This document shows positions 10,560 through 22,653 of a stretch of DNA of 64,000 bases, piece by piece. Below the pieces are notes generated by a model. That model searched no databases, was not told the origin of the DNA, and saw only the letters and a list, made by a program, of their open reading frames with translations. The translations under genes were made by a program, and so were the position numbers. Source of the stretch: Marsupella aquatica (taxonomy: Eukaryota > Plantae > Marchantiophyta); assembly GCA_973895155.1 (NCBI GenBank), contig OZ316897.1, positions 11,431,832 to 11,495,831 of the forward strand, given 5' to 3'. Position 1 is the first letter of the stretch; each line of letters opens with the position of its first letter.

Positions 10560-13500
10560 GTATAAAAATGTAAGAAGATTGAGTTAACCAGCTCACAAGA
10601 AATTGAATTATCAGTGGCACTCGTTGAGTGTCTAGCTTCCATTACAGGGTGACGTCGAAGCCCCACCCCGCTTGGCTCTGTCCACAAAATAAAATACGAT
10701 ACGAATTGTTTACACTCGGTAACAATTATCCTGTATACCTTTCTGATGCCGTCTGGCTACGTGATGCAATATGATGCAATGTGATGCACTTAGCGTGATA
10801 TTTCGGTTTGGTGTATCCAATTGGGGAAAAAAGTCCAAAAGGTATTTCCAGTGTTGACATTTGTGGCTTGACCGTCATCGTCTCTCCCATTCGTGGCGAG
10901 GACCCAATCCAATTCTTCATGCCGAAGAAATTCCTCCATGCCTTCTCTCATTCAGTCATTCGTTTGGACGCGAATCCATTCGCCTGTTCTCTTGAAAGGT
11001 TGTTCGAACTCACTGCAGTTGATTCAATCCTAAACAGATGTAAATCTGGTTTCGTGCTCTGTTCTTTGGGCGCCTTCGAGAGCAGTTTCACAAGTCGGGG
11101 TACAAACAGATCATATATGCCGGTGTCGTCAGAGGTTACTGTTTGCGTTTGACCAACACAGGCGATGAGTACGTCGTTTGAAGGCGTTCGACTTCAAGTT
11201 TTGGAAGCAACGACAAATTGTGAGACGAGGGGATCCAATTGCCGGCGGTCAATCCCGGTCAATTGGATCTCAAAGGCTTTGATGACCACTGTGTCACACC
11301 ATCAACGTTCTGAATTGCCAGGCTGGCGACTTATAAGAAAACAATCTATCATTGCGGTGGTCCTCTAGAGAGTATAGCAGGAAGTGGATATGGACTGAAA
11401 CCGTTGGATAGCATACGGGGAGAAACAAGCTTGGATAGCATACAGAGAGAAATAAGCTTTGTGCCACACTCAGCATCGTTTGACCAGTTCGCTCGTCTCT
11501 TAGTCCTTCTGGTAAACACTCCTCGCCACCTGAGCTCGCTTGGAGCTTTTCTCAATTTGAATACCTGCACCGTTTTGCTTCTTTAGTGACTTGGGGCTCG
11601 AGGATTTAAATTGAGGTGCTCTTGAACGTCATGAAATTGGGCAGACCGGATTTAAGAAGTGGCCATTAGAAATTTGTAGACGGAGAAATCGTTTTAATCA
11701 ATTTTTTTTATCATCGTTTTCGATCCAATCTTATTGAACGAGTCTGGAAGTGCACCGTCGCAGTACTTTTGGTTTCGTTCAATAGAATTTCATCAAATAA
11801 TTTTATCAACTCGTTTTCGCTCTCTTTCGCGGATCCATCTAGTTTGTTACTTATTTCTGGCAGCCATTCATCCTTACTCTTCGATTTATTCATTTGTTAG
11901 TATCGCTCGTTTCTAGTTAACCAGACTTTAATGTTATCTGGAGTGTCAGGCGACCAATTCTGTCACACCAAGATAATAAATTGCTGGGTGTCACTACGCA
12001 CACATTTCAGAGGATAGGACAGTTGTTTAGGTCGTTTCTGGTTGCACAGTATATGTCACACGCAGATCACGAATTGATTGATCAGCTCATGACACATCCT
12101 GTTGACAGAAAAAAAAGATCTTGAAGGTCTAGAGTACCGTTGTTTCCTCCGCAATTTATCTCATTTGTTGCTATCGGTGTTCTACAGGAAGGCTTTGTGA
12201 GCTGATCACGGAGAGGCCGCTTTTGCCAGGGCACCTCATCAGTGTGAGGTAGGAGAATTCCAGAGACGTGATGATTTGTTACACGGGTAAGGATGCTATT
12301 CCCAAGGCAGGTAAATTGGGTCCCCTATACTCGAGAAACTTACAGCTGGTTCACATCATAGTTCGAGCCTAGGCGACTGTATCCATGTAATATGGCTGCC
12401 TCGAGTGGCGTCACAATGGACCCAAGGACAGTATCTGAGGGAACTAACAGTCTTCAGAGACTATCCGACATTACGTGGCTGGACTTGTCGAGAAGCGTCA
12501 TTGACCAAAAGGAGAAGAAGCTTTTGGCAAAGGCCCTCGAGAACAATGAGCTCCCAAACCTGAAAGTGCTTTTTCTCGAGGCAAATGCAGGAGATGTTGG
12601 GATGACGGCGATGCTAAACGCCCTGAAGGCAGGCCATCTGAAAGGACTCAAGAAGTTCATTCTATGGGAAGTCTCGTCGTATAACCAAATCACCACAGCT
12701 GAAGAAGGCACAGATACCATTGCAGCTGCACTAATGGCCGGCAATCTGCCTATATTGGACACGATGGACTTCACAGGGTCGCTACCCAAGTTGATACCCG
12801 CCAGGAAGTTGTCCAAAGCGATCAAGGAAGTGCTCTGCGGGTGCTCATGCGGCAATGGAAGATTTTGGGAGAGTCTTCAGGTCTGCATGGGATGCCTATT
12901 TTGCATCGCAGGTTCAGAAAAAAATCAGACTTTAGAGTGCCTCCGCTGCTCGTGTGGCAGACTGCAACTGTATAGTGGAAATGATGGGATGAGGAAGATT
13001 GCAAGGGCACTCAAACGAACACCTATTGACAGCTTGAGGTTTCTCAGACTGCAACATAATTACATCGGAGATAAGGGGGTTTCTAGTCTTGCAAAACTTC
13101 TTCGAAGAGGTATGCTGCCTCATCTGGAGGAGTTGGATCTGCGGAACAACCCAGTGGGTCGTCAGGGTGCGAAGGAGATAGTCTTCGCTTACTTGAGGAA
13201 TCCGCTGCTGACGGTCAGGTTGAAGCTTGATTGGCCAACTTTCCCGCTTCAAGAGAAGGCTGCCAGCTTCAGGGACAATAATATAAGGCTCGAGTACAGG
13301 TTGAAAAAATTGAAAATACCTCATGATTCACTAGTCATAAACCAGTTTATAGAATTCGACTACCAATTGATGAGGGATTCTGAAGAGGGTAGTTTTCGGA
13401 GGAAGCCTCGTAGATTGCATCTCATGTGTCAAGCACAACATGGACAAAGACACTTTAAGAGTCACCAGGTTGTGAGAGAGGTAGACAGTGAGCCAAAGGG

Positions 13501-14706
13501 CATTGAAATTAGGAGTCGCTCAATTTTTGGTATTTCATCTCGGCAAAGAAAAGTTCACAGAGATCTTGAATCGGAGGATACGGATGAAGAAGGGTGGGTT
13601 TCATCAGGAAATGAGTTAGATGAGTCACCAGTGGTAGATCATATTGGAGCGCAAGGAAGCGACAGTTCCAGGCACCCAGGTCATCCCCCATCCATGTACC
13701 AAAGAGACCAAAATTGTACTCCAGAGTCAGATGACGGGGCAGATTCAGAGTTGCCTTCTGTCCCGCCTTCCGAGCACGCTCCTTCTGGAGATGAGATGAC
13801 AGTCAAAACTCTAGGAGTGCTGCGCCGATGTCGGGTTGCTTTGTTTGAGAGGACACACAATCGTCCCTCACTGACAAAGAAGAAGACTGTCTTGAAGACG
13901 ACGACAGGGGTCAACAGAATTTACATCACCAGTAAATCCTGTGGTTTCGTGGGCGCCGTAAAAGCTCTTAGCAACCAATCCGAGGGGCGGAATTCTGACC
14001 AGAAGCGACGTTGGCTTCCAGATTGGATTCACCATAAGTTCAGGCGCAGATATTGGCCTTGGCAGAGTCGAGGAAAGACAAAGCGACAAATGGATGCTAT
14101 CATGTTGGAGTTGTTGATGCTGGGTGAGCGTAAACCTAATGAGTTCTATAGTCTCTTTGGCCTCAGGCAGGTGTTGCTTCAAAACCGGAGCTGCAGGAAT
14201 AAGTACTCCCGTGTGTGGATTTGTGATCCATGTTTTTTGAGTTACTGTGAACGTCAAGTAGTGCATCCCATCACATGACGAAGTTGAACAGAAAGTCTCT
14301 TCCCATCTGGATCAACTGCATCAAGAACCGTATTTATCACCACATCTTGCAACGAATATCATCAATAAATAATCGTTGTATGATTTCCCAACCACAGTTA
14401 GCACCTGCTAGCACCTTCTTAGCTGAAATCCCGAGTAGAACCATTACTACATCGAATGAAGGTTCTCTTTGATTATGGTCCTACACAAGTGTCTTGTGCT
14501 TTGTGATTGAGTTGATTAATGTTCTGCATCTCCATGTTGAGCGACAGCCCGTTCGGTAACAATGGTTTAGGGTGAGCATCTTACATTGGTGATCATTGTG
14601 CAAAAATCCCACGCCATGTAATTAACCATCATAGTGGCAAGGTCGCATTAGGTTTGGGAAGGTTAAGGGAGCCATTGGTTGTGAAGAACTTGAGCTCGGC
14701 AAGCGA
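10560..14706. repeat. Segmental duplication, copy B
   Basis: Colinear with ~40-4897, including upstream region, LRR ORF and 3' flank. Confidence 0.9.
12392..14278 (+). CDS. TORNADO1-like RNI-type LRR protein lacking ROC-COR (paralogue 2, 628 aa)
   Basis: Intact intronless ORF highly similar to 2620-4449, with the same LRRs, LHLMCQ and FGLRQV..WICDPC motifs. Confidence 0.88.
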   Translation: MAASSGVTMDPRTVSEGTNSLQRLSDITWLDLSRSVIDQKEKKLLAKALENNELPNLKVLFLEANAGDVGMTAMLNALKAGHLKGLKKFILWEVSSYNQITTAEEGTDTIAAALMAGNLPILDTMDFTGSLPKLIPARKLSKAIKEVLCGCSCGNGRFWESLQVCMGCLFCIAGSEKNQTLECLRCSCGRLQLYSGNDGMRKIARALKRTPIDSLRFLRLQHNYIGDKGVSSLAKLLRRGMLPHLEELDLRNNPVGRQGAKEIVFAYLRNPLLTVRLKLDWPTFPLQEKAASFRDNNIRLEYRLKKLKIPHDSLVINQFIEFDYQLMRDSEEGSFRRKPRRLHLMCQAQHGQRHFKSHQVVREVDSEPKGIEIRSRSIFGISSRQRKVHRDLESEDTDEEGWVSSGNELDESPVVDHIGAQGSDSSRHPGHPPSMYQRDQNCTPESDDGADSELPSVPPSEHAPSGDEMTVKTLGVLRRCRVALFERTHNRPSLTKKKTVLKTTTGVNRIYITSKSCGFVGAVKALSNQSEGRNSDQKRRWLPDWIHHKFRRRYWPWQSRGKTKRQMDAIMLELLMLGERKPNEFYSLFGLRQVLLQNRSCRNKYSRVWICDPCFLSYCERQVVHPIT

Positions 14707-15720
14707 AACAGATTTGCAGTGAGTTTTCATGGTTGTAGAGATACGTCAAATAGGTTGACCGTCCCATCCAATAATTTGCTAACTCCGTCACATTCCTTAC
14801 CTACAAACTGCTTCCAATTCGGAAGATCTGCGGCAGTGCCAAGACTGACGAGCCTCCCTCCCTATCATCGTATCTGTGTTTTCGTAATTCTTTAGCTGAT
14901 AGACCTCCCAGTCTTGGAAATGTAACTCTCGCTCTATGTAAATTCCTTCCGCAAGTTAATGACTTTGCTCACCAAACAGAGTTGCTCTCTCGTCAGGTTC
15001 TACCTTCAGGTGATCCCGTCTCAGAGGGCTTCTCTCGCTCTCTGAGAATCTACTGAGAAGATCTCAGATCTTCGCATTTTAAAGAACAAAATCCAATCAA
15101 TGACAGTTATTCATCCACCAGCTGTAGTCGACCATTTGTTATGAACTTACAACGATAGAAACTTGAGTCCTCTAAATATGCAAACAACATTGTCGAATGA
15201 GTGTGCCTAGCTCTGCTCGTAAACAACTGAAGGCCTTGGACTACTCAGCAATAATCGCTCTTCTCGTTGGGGAGGAACGAAGAATAAACAGGAAGTCAAC
15301 TACCAGCCAAATCCCACAACGGGTACTCATCAGCTACCAATTGTCAATGATGACATTCTTCTCGAGTGGTACGGGACACAAGGAAAACAGATACACACAT
15401 CCCAAACTTTTTTGACATCATCATGGAATGCAACGTCAGGGCCGGAATCAGAAGGTACCAACTAAATGTACTCAACGGAGTCAAAGCTCGTCTGTGGCCA
15501 GAACAGCTGATTTTGGAGGTGTCTCCTGGCTGCTTGTCAATCAATCCCCTATGCACTTCTTCCCGGGGAACTGCTTCTCGATTTGGGGAGTTCGCCAACC
15601 CCTTACAGTACTTGCTCTGGAGCTTGTATCCCAGTCATCCGTGGCGGACGGCTAGTATGAAACACTAGGCCAGAGGTATCAATGGGAAGTTTTCTAGGAC
15701 GAGGTCATGTGAATCCGGTA

Positions 15721-16147
15721 TCATTCCGCCCTCAACTTAACCTCATCTTCATAATTCCCTTCTTTCAGCCCATATCGCCACCCAAGGTACCCGACAGTGC
15801 CTGCAACACTCCCTAGACCAACTTGTCCAATTGCCTGTCCCCAGCCTGATCCCTTCCCCTAGCCACTGCAGCTACCTGCCACTCGATTTCGTCCCTGTCC
15901 CACATCTGTATCTCTGTTCTGATTGCCAGCAGCCCCGTGGCAATGACTACTGCGATGCCTGAACAAAGCGCAAGATCGTGCTGGTGAAAGTCGATCCTTG
16001 GGAAGCGAAAATGCGGTACCGGCTCAACAGGAACTGCGAGGTGCCGACGCCGGTGCCAGCAATTGGCCCAGATTGGACGTGCGTGTGGAGGATCTGGTGA
16101 GAGAAGGGCTGATCTTCGTGGTACGTGTGAGGCCAAAATCGCGACAT
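15721..16147 (-). pseudogene. Pseudogene copy of the fungal-type membrane protein gene
   Basis: Starts MSRFWPHTYHEDQPFSHQILH. It frameshifts after TSTILR, lacks the DRSWRLLENRGQLECDDW core, and frameshifts again. Its 3' end matches the stop region at 19436. Confidence 0.9.
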
Positions 16148-17713
16148 TGTATCGGGAGATGAGCTGAGCTGAGCTGAGATGAGATGAGGTCCGATAACGA
16201 AGTGGCGCGTTTTTGAGGTTGCTGTTTGATCTCAATCAACAAGGTGACAGAAACCAACCTCGACGCAGAATCCGCTTTCTCATCATCCAGCCGAGCTAAT
16301 ACTTAGTCTACCTCGCCACACTCCTGTCTGCTCTCCAAGACATTACGCTCTACAGAATTCCTGCCGGAAACCGGCAGAGTGAAACGAAGTGGAGTTCCAT
16401 GAAGTGATGATTAGAGTTAGAGGTGGAAATGTTCGAGAGAAAACGAAAACAGTCATGACGACTCTTATCCACTCTCGGATAGGGAGGTGATGAGACACAA
16501 ATCACCCAACGACTGCTGCTGGCTTGTCATCAACGGCAAGGTGAGATGACTGTCTTCATTTCCAGGACTGACCCGATTATGAACTAGAAAGTCGTCGTTC
16601 TCTAATTATCGATGGGTTGCTTGCAATTCATTACTTACACAATCGCTCTCCAGATTCATAAATTCAATCGGCGTCTGTTTGCCTTCAAATGGGGAAACTC
16701 GTGCACGACCTTCAAACGAGGAAACCTGGTAGTCCCAGCGAAAATCTTGAACCTTGCTGTGTTTGATTTCATGAAAACCAGAAGGACTTGAAAACAAAAT
16801 GTGGAAACGTAGCTCGAGCTTCTTGTACAACAATCTACAGTAGCCTCGCATCAATCCGGCCACAAGACTATTTCTTGCTGAGAAGAAAACTGTATAGAAC
16901 CCGAGCACTTGGCGAAACTTTTCAAGTAGCAAGTAACTTACAAGTGTAATGCAATGGTACCTGGTTGTGACGGTGTGTACCCTGAGGTAGGGCAATTATG
17001 ATTGTGTTTGTTGTCAAGAATACCTATACCCACTTCTTAAGAGGTATATGTATAGAGTAAAGTCCTGTTTATGCCGTGAAACACGACAGCTTCAGCTCAA
17101 GGTTTTTGGGGCTATTATTGGGCATAATGGTTGTGAAGGATTAATTTACTACACTTAAAGGCCCTAAAGATTTTTATTTTTTAAATACTTTAATTAAATT
17201 AGAGTAGAATTATACTGAAATATTTTCTTTCAACTTTAGCAAAAATAGAGGAGAATCTTCCTAAAGAGTTGATCCACATATCGGGACACTATGCTCCAGA
17301 CTGCCTTGGAAAATACAAATGGAAAAATAACAAAGTGCAGTAAGTTGGATGGACCCTGCCAATTAAAGTTTACGTGATGGACTCCCACTAGATTTGTTTT
17401 GGCAAATTGGACCCTCTAATGATAAATAGAGTGAGTTTCTAAAGGACTAAACTGCCCAGTTCTCCTAGTACCCTGACTTACCACATTGCTACGCAGTCTT
17501 GTGCTATGGTTTACCATGGTGTTGCGAATGCAGTCAGGAGCCATGGGGAGTGAATGGGGAATGGATGCCATGAATGAATGAAAAGTACACTAACTTAAGC
17601 TAAATAATAAGTGCGACAGACAATGTCCATAGTCTTCCATAAACACTTGTGCTGGCCATTTACCCCCACCCAAAGCGGGGAGGGAGTGTGGGAATCGATC
17701 AGGAATTTCAAGC

Positions 17714-18012
17714 TTCGACGAGAGAATTTTGAGGCTTAAGGTGTTGTCTGAGAGCTAAAATCCGCCCACAGATACGAAGATCAGACAATTGTGAGAGTAG
17801 AAGAAGTTGGAATCTTTCCATAAAAGATAGCAAGGAATCTCTGGCGTTGGGCTTGCAGGAATCGCGTTCGACGAGAGAATTTTGAGGCTTAAGGTGTTGT
17901 CTGAGAGGTAAAATCAGCCCACTGATACGAAGATCAGACAATTGTGCGAGTAGAAGAATTTGGAATCTTTCCGTAAAAGATAGCAAGGAATCTCTGACGG
18001 TGGGCTTGCAGG
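17714..18012. repeat. 153-bp tandem duplication
   Basis: ttcgacgagagaattttgaggcttaagg...gggcttgcagga x2; seen as a 51-aa repeat in the minus-strand ORF. Confidence 0.9.
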
Positions 18013-19435
18013 AGTGGCGTTTGACCACTGTTCCCACTACTAAGAAAGGAACCCACCGTACTATTCCCGGAAACCTAAACAACGACGGGAAGATAAGGAT
18101 CACCACGGTAGCTCTTCGCACTGAATTAGAATGGCTGCAGCTGACATCGACGAACGATCAATTCCATTCTCATTCTCTGCATCTGTGAAGGCACATGGCT
18201 TTTGGGATCGAGCATACCTCGATGCGGCCTATCCTTCGAATTGACGTCAAAATACGATTATCCAACATGCCCCAGTGGAGACAACCGCAGTTTTGTGAAT
18301 TGATCTATGCAATTGTCAAGACCCTGTTGTTAATCCTTAGCTAAGTATTGATTATTATTATGGTGGAAATCCAAATGTATTGCTAGCCTGTTCGACATGT
18401 TAGACTATGGTGTGAGATGGAGAGAATGACGCTACTGTCACTTGCAGAACAGGCGAGAAAGGTTGTCATACTCTTGGATGAAACGTATTGTAAGCATGAC
18501 AAATGTACCTCTTTTTTTTTGTTGCCTTGAATACCGAAGGCTGACCCATCCAACAGACGATAGACGATCAACTCCGGAGCATGCACCTCTGTAGGGTAGC
18601 CCACAAGGTACTGGGTACAAATGAACTATTTCGTCCAGGTTTGACTGTACTGACCCCAGAAACTTTACCGAAAGAATCGGCACTTTGGTTTAACGGGCTG
18701 CAACGGTCACCAGTTCATCACCTGAATCATTCCTCCATTGTCGATTGATGTCTAACGAGCCCTGGTGAACAAAAAGTGCGCCACTCCGCTAATGTCACTT
18801 AAGCAGTCCACGGCATCAAAGCGAGCGAGGAAAAATTCATTAGTACATAGGGAGTAGAAAATGTCTCTTGGCATAACACCTAGAAAACAAGCAATCCACG
18901 AGAATGATCAAGACAAGAACCCTGCCCGACCAGCTCACAATGCTTGCCCGAGACAAGAAATGTGGAAGGACAGCAAGCCGGCACCTCCTTTCACACAACA
19001 ATGACTTCTCATACTCGGCAAGACGAGAAGGCCTTACGCTCCACAGATGTTATTTTCCAGTCCGTGTATACTCCAATCGAGAGAACTCTTGCCAGAGGAG
19101 TTTATCATCCAAAAGTCCACTGCTATGATATCGGTGACAAATCGGCAACACCCTGAACATGTCTTATCCTTTAGGCCAGATGCCACAATGCCAAGTGACG
19201 CGTTGCCCGGTCAGCATTCCAGTAGGGCTGAAGCAAATTTTAAAAAGTACCCATTTCATAGCAATCAACAAGATCTAGACGGGAACTGCGTCTGGGGAAC
19301 TTCGCCAACCCCTTACAGCACTTGCTCTGGAACTCCTATCCCAGTCATCCGTGGCGGTCAGCTCCTATGAAACATTAGGCCAGAGGTGTCATCGGTAAGG
19401 TCCTCTTTGTAGGAGGAGATCTTTTGAATCCCTTA

Positions 19436-19960
19436 TCATTCCGCCCTCAACTTACCCTCATCTTCGAATTTCCCTCCGTTCAGCCCATATCGCCACCCAA
19501 AGTACCCGACAGTGCCTGCAACACTCCCTAGACCAACTTTTCCTATTGCTTGTCTCCAGCCCGATCCCTTCGCGCTCGCCACTGCAGCTACCAAGCCGGC
19601 CGCCATGCCCCCGTAAGTCCAATCATCACATTCGAGCTGCCCTCTGTTCTCCAGCAGCCGCCAGCTCCTATCCTGCCATTCGATTTCGTCCCTTCCCCAC
19701 ATCCGTATCTCTGTTCCGACTGCCAGCAGCGCTGTGGCAACGAGTGCTCCGACGCCTGAAGTGCGCAAGATCGTGCTGGTGAAGGTCGATCCGTTGGGAG
19801 CGAGATTGCGGTACCGGCGCAACAGGTGCAGCGAGGAGCCGACGCCGATGCCAGCAATTGCCCCGGTTTGGACTGCACGAGTTTGGACGTGCGCGTGGAG
19901 GATCTCGTGAGAGAGGGGCTGATCTTCGTGGTACCGTGTGTGAGGCCAAAATCGCGACAT
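19436..19960 (-). CDS. 174-aa Gly-rich multi-TM protein resembling an uncharacterised filamentous-ascomycete family
   Basis: Intronless, ATG at 19960. Motifs MSRFWPH..HEDQP, RMWGRDEIEWQDRSWRLLENRGQLECDDW and GYFGWRYGLNGGKF, with several small-residue-rich hydrophobic helices. Fungal affinity is recalled, not searched. Confidence 0.8.
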   Translation of the reverse strand: MSRFWPHTRYHEDQPLSHEILHAHVQTRAVQTGAIAGIGVGSSLHLLRRYRNLAPNGSTFTSTILRTSGVGALVATALLAVGTEIRMWGRDEIEWQDRSWRLLENRGQLECDDWTYGGMAAGLVAAVASAKGSGWRQAIGKVGLGSVAGTVGYFGWRYGLNGGKFEDEGKLRAE

Positions 19961-21028
19961 TGTATCGGGAGATGAGATCACCTGAGCTGAGATGCGCTGA
20001 GCTGAGATGAGGTCCGATAACGTGCGTTTTTGAGGTTGCTGTTTGATCTCAATCAACAAGGTGACAGAAAACAACCTCGATTTTTATCGGGAGCTGAGCT
20101 GAGCTGAGATGAGGTCTGGTCCTGTAACGAAGTGGAGCGTTTCTTCGGTTGCGGTTTGATGTCGATCGACAAGGTGACAGAAACCAACATCGACGGAGCA
20201 TCAGCTTTCGGATCATTCAGCCGAGCTGATAATGACGAATCTCTCTCTTGCAACGAGACGACGCTCTACAGCATTGCTTCCGGAAACAGGCAGAGTGAAA
20301 CGACGAGGAATTCAGCGAAGTGATGATGATGGAGGATAAAGTTGTGTCCAAAACGTCAGTAAACTGAACTGTTGGCACTTGCTTCGTTTTTTCTTTTCTC
20401 TTGAAAACGAGCATTTTCTTTCTTTTCTCTTGAAAGACGCACTTTCTTGAAAGACCAACTACAAAATAAACTACCACAAAGAGTGAGGGCTGAGGGCTGG
20501 ACTCAATCCAAAGAAAGAACAGGGAGAGACCCGACAATTAGTAGATCTGAACAGTTGTCCACTAGCTAAAATCCCAATGAGGGATTGACCATCTGCAAAT
20601 GCATGAAAAGACCTCAATCTTACTATTAGATCCCCATGGGAAGTTACTTTGAAGGCCTAGGGTCTAGACTGGAGCCCATCACCTCAGGGGGATAATTTAG
20701 GGGTGGGGGTGGAGGAGTGCTAGGAGTAGTGCACCACATTTGAAAATAATATTACCTGTGAAAAGAATTGGTGTAATAGGGGGTGCATGCGGAGAGTAAA
20801 TGGACTAGGGAGGCCACATGTGAAGAGGTGAGCTACTGCCATCAAGGGTCAAGAACTATAGTGAAACGGACAACTCTTCTACAATCACTTGAATAAACTT
20901 TGGTCACCTGCTGTCATATAGGGTGGGCACTTTTTATCATCAGATCTACTCAAGTTCAAAGGACTGATAATTGGGAGAGCACTACAAACAAAGGATCACA
21001 ACATGAATAACCTTGCACTCTTAAAACA

Positions 21029-21372
21029 TGTTAGATATTGTTCTAGTCTTGTGATTCATGAGTTAACTACAGTTAATCTAACTTGGGTTAGAATTTAACT
21101 AATGTTAGCGGTAGTGTTATTGTGTTTATAGTCAGGGTTGAAGCCAGACCCTGGTAGAACTTAGGCTCATTTTTACGGAACTAGTTGAGAGATAGGGAGA
21201 ACTTGTGCTGTGGATGTTTAGTATGGCCGGTCGACCTAGAGTGCAATAAAACTCTTGTGTATTCCCATGCACATAGCCTCATGTGGAGATAAACCACGTA
21301 TCTCTATGTGTCGACTATTGTGTGTTAGATGGTTCATAAGCTTGCCGTTACAAATGTCGTCTATGCTCAACA
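21029..21372 (-). mobile_element. Solo LTR (family A, 3' type 1) with perfect 5-bp TSD
   Basis: TG...CA termini, 344 bp, AAACA on both flanks (21024-21028 and 21373-21377). Confidence 0.92.
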
Positions 21373-22447
21373 AAACAGGAGCTAAAAGATTTCAATCTCC
21401 TCATCCACCCAAGTTTCAAATTAAGCAGGCTATAACAAACAAAAACACTGATTCCTAAGAATGATAAAAAATTTAAAATAGACATCCCAATTAAAAGAAA
21501 GTGGGGTCCAATCAGTAACTCTTGTCATCATATTCTTTTAGGTTTGGGTCTTAAATCGTAATAAATCCTATTTCGTATTCAGTTCATTGACTAACGTTAG
21601 ATCTAACAATCCATCAATGGCTAACAAAGAATAGTGGATAATGAAAATGGTTGCAAGAATCAATAGAGTACAGTTTCTTGATATCTAAGTCAATAAGTAA
21701 ATTTAGATTTAATATTATAATGAACCCTATTGCAAACTTAAGTAGGTTAGTCATGATAACCATTATATACTAAAAGAGTGTTTCATAATTTCAAAGTCAA
21801 TTAAGATAAGGAGAACTTTTATTGCAAAAAAGCAATATGACCCACAAGCCTGGAGTGCAATCAAGCCACTCAGATTATTTTCCTTAATTCTTTGTCATTC
21901 AGAGGGCAGTTCCTGCTGGTCTCACAAAAATAGGCCAAGACTTTGGGGTGTCTATTTGAAGCAGGAATATCTCCTCCTTGCAACAACTGGACACCTATTT
22001 TCCGTGTTTTTTGCTAGTTTCTTGCATTTTCGTTTGGGGTTGCATGTTTACTTTGTTATTTGATTGGGGTTGGCTTGCATCATCTGTTCGCACTACCCCA
22101 GGTGATGGCCGACTTGTCTGCAAGGTGCGAGGGATAGGGTAGTCATACTCGCTGCCTAAAGTCTTAGGGGGCAACTACTTTGGCTGCGATTGGAATTACT
22201 CTGGAAAAAACTCTTGAGCAACGGTACATGCTCAGTCCCATCTTTGGGACTTACTGGAGTTACATTTTGTTTGGCTTTGCTTGCAGGCAACTAGGGAAAC
22301 ATGTCCAGTCACCTACTACAATCCACAGCGACTACCCAATGAAAGCGAACGATTGATTGTTTTAGAGGACTTAGATGCCTGAGAACTGTGCACAGTCCCC
22401 AAAATTGCCTAGATGCTTGGTCCATAGGACTTACTTTGTAGTCTCAG

Positions 22448-22653
22448 CCTAAATCTAGGCGGTAATCACCCACATTTAGATCGAATGTCTGGGATCTGGA
22501 TTACCACCTTACGCAAGAGTATGTACCTAATGCAGATGGCACAGGAAAATCCTAAATCTAGGCAGTAATCACCCACACTTAGATCGAATGTCTGGGATCT
22601 GGATTACCACCTTACGCAGGAGTATGTACCTAATGCAGATGGCCCAGGAAAAT
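22448..22653. repeat. 103-bp tandem duplication, each unit with a hairpin
   Basis: cctaaatctaggc(g/a)gtaatcacccac...ggattaccaccttacgca...aggaaaat x2. Confidence 0.92.

Noticed and set aside
17708-18121. 137-aa ORF with a 51-aa repeat
   Set aside because: It results from the 153-bp DNA duplication, and the frame is not kept in the paralogous segment at 22882-23100.
19436-20074. The longer 212-aa version of the fungal-type ORF
   Set aside because: The extension begins at a non-ATG codon, crosses pentamer repeats and is out of frame in the paralogue; ATG 19960 is preferred.
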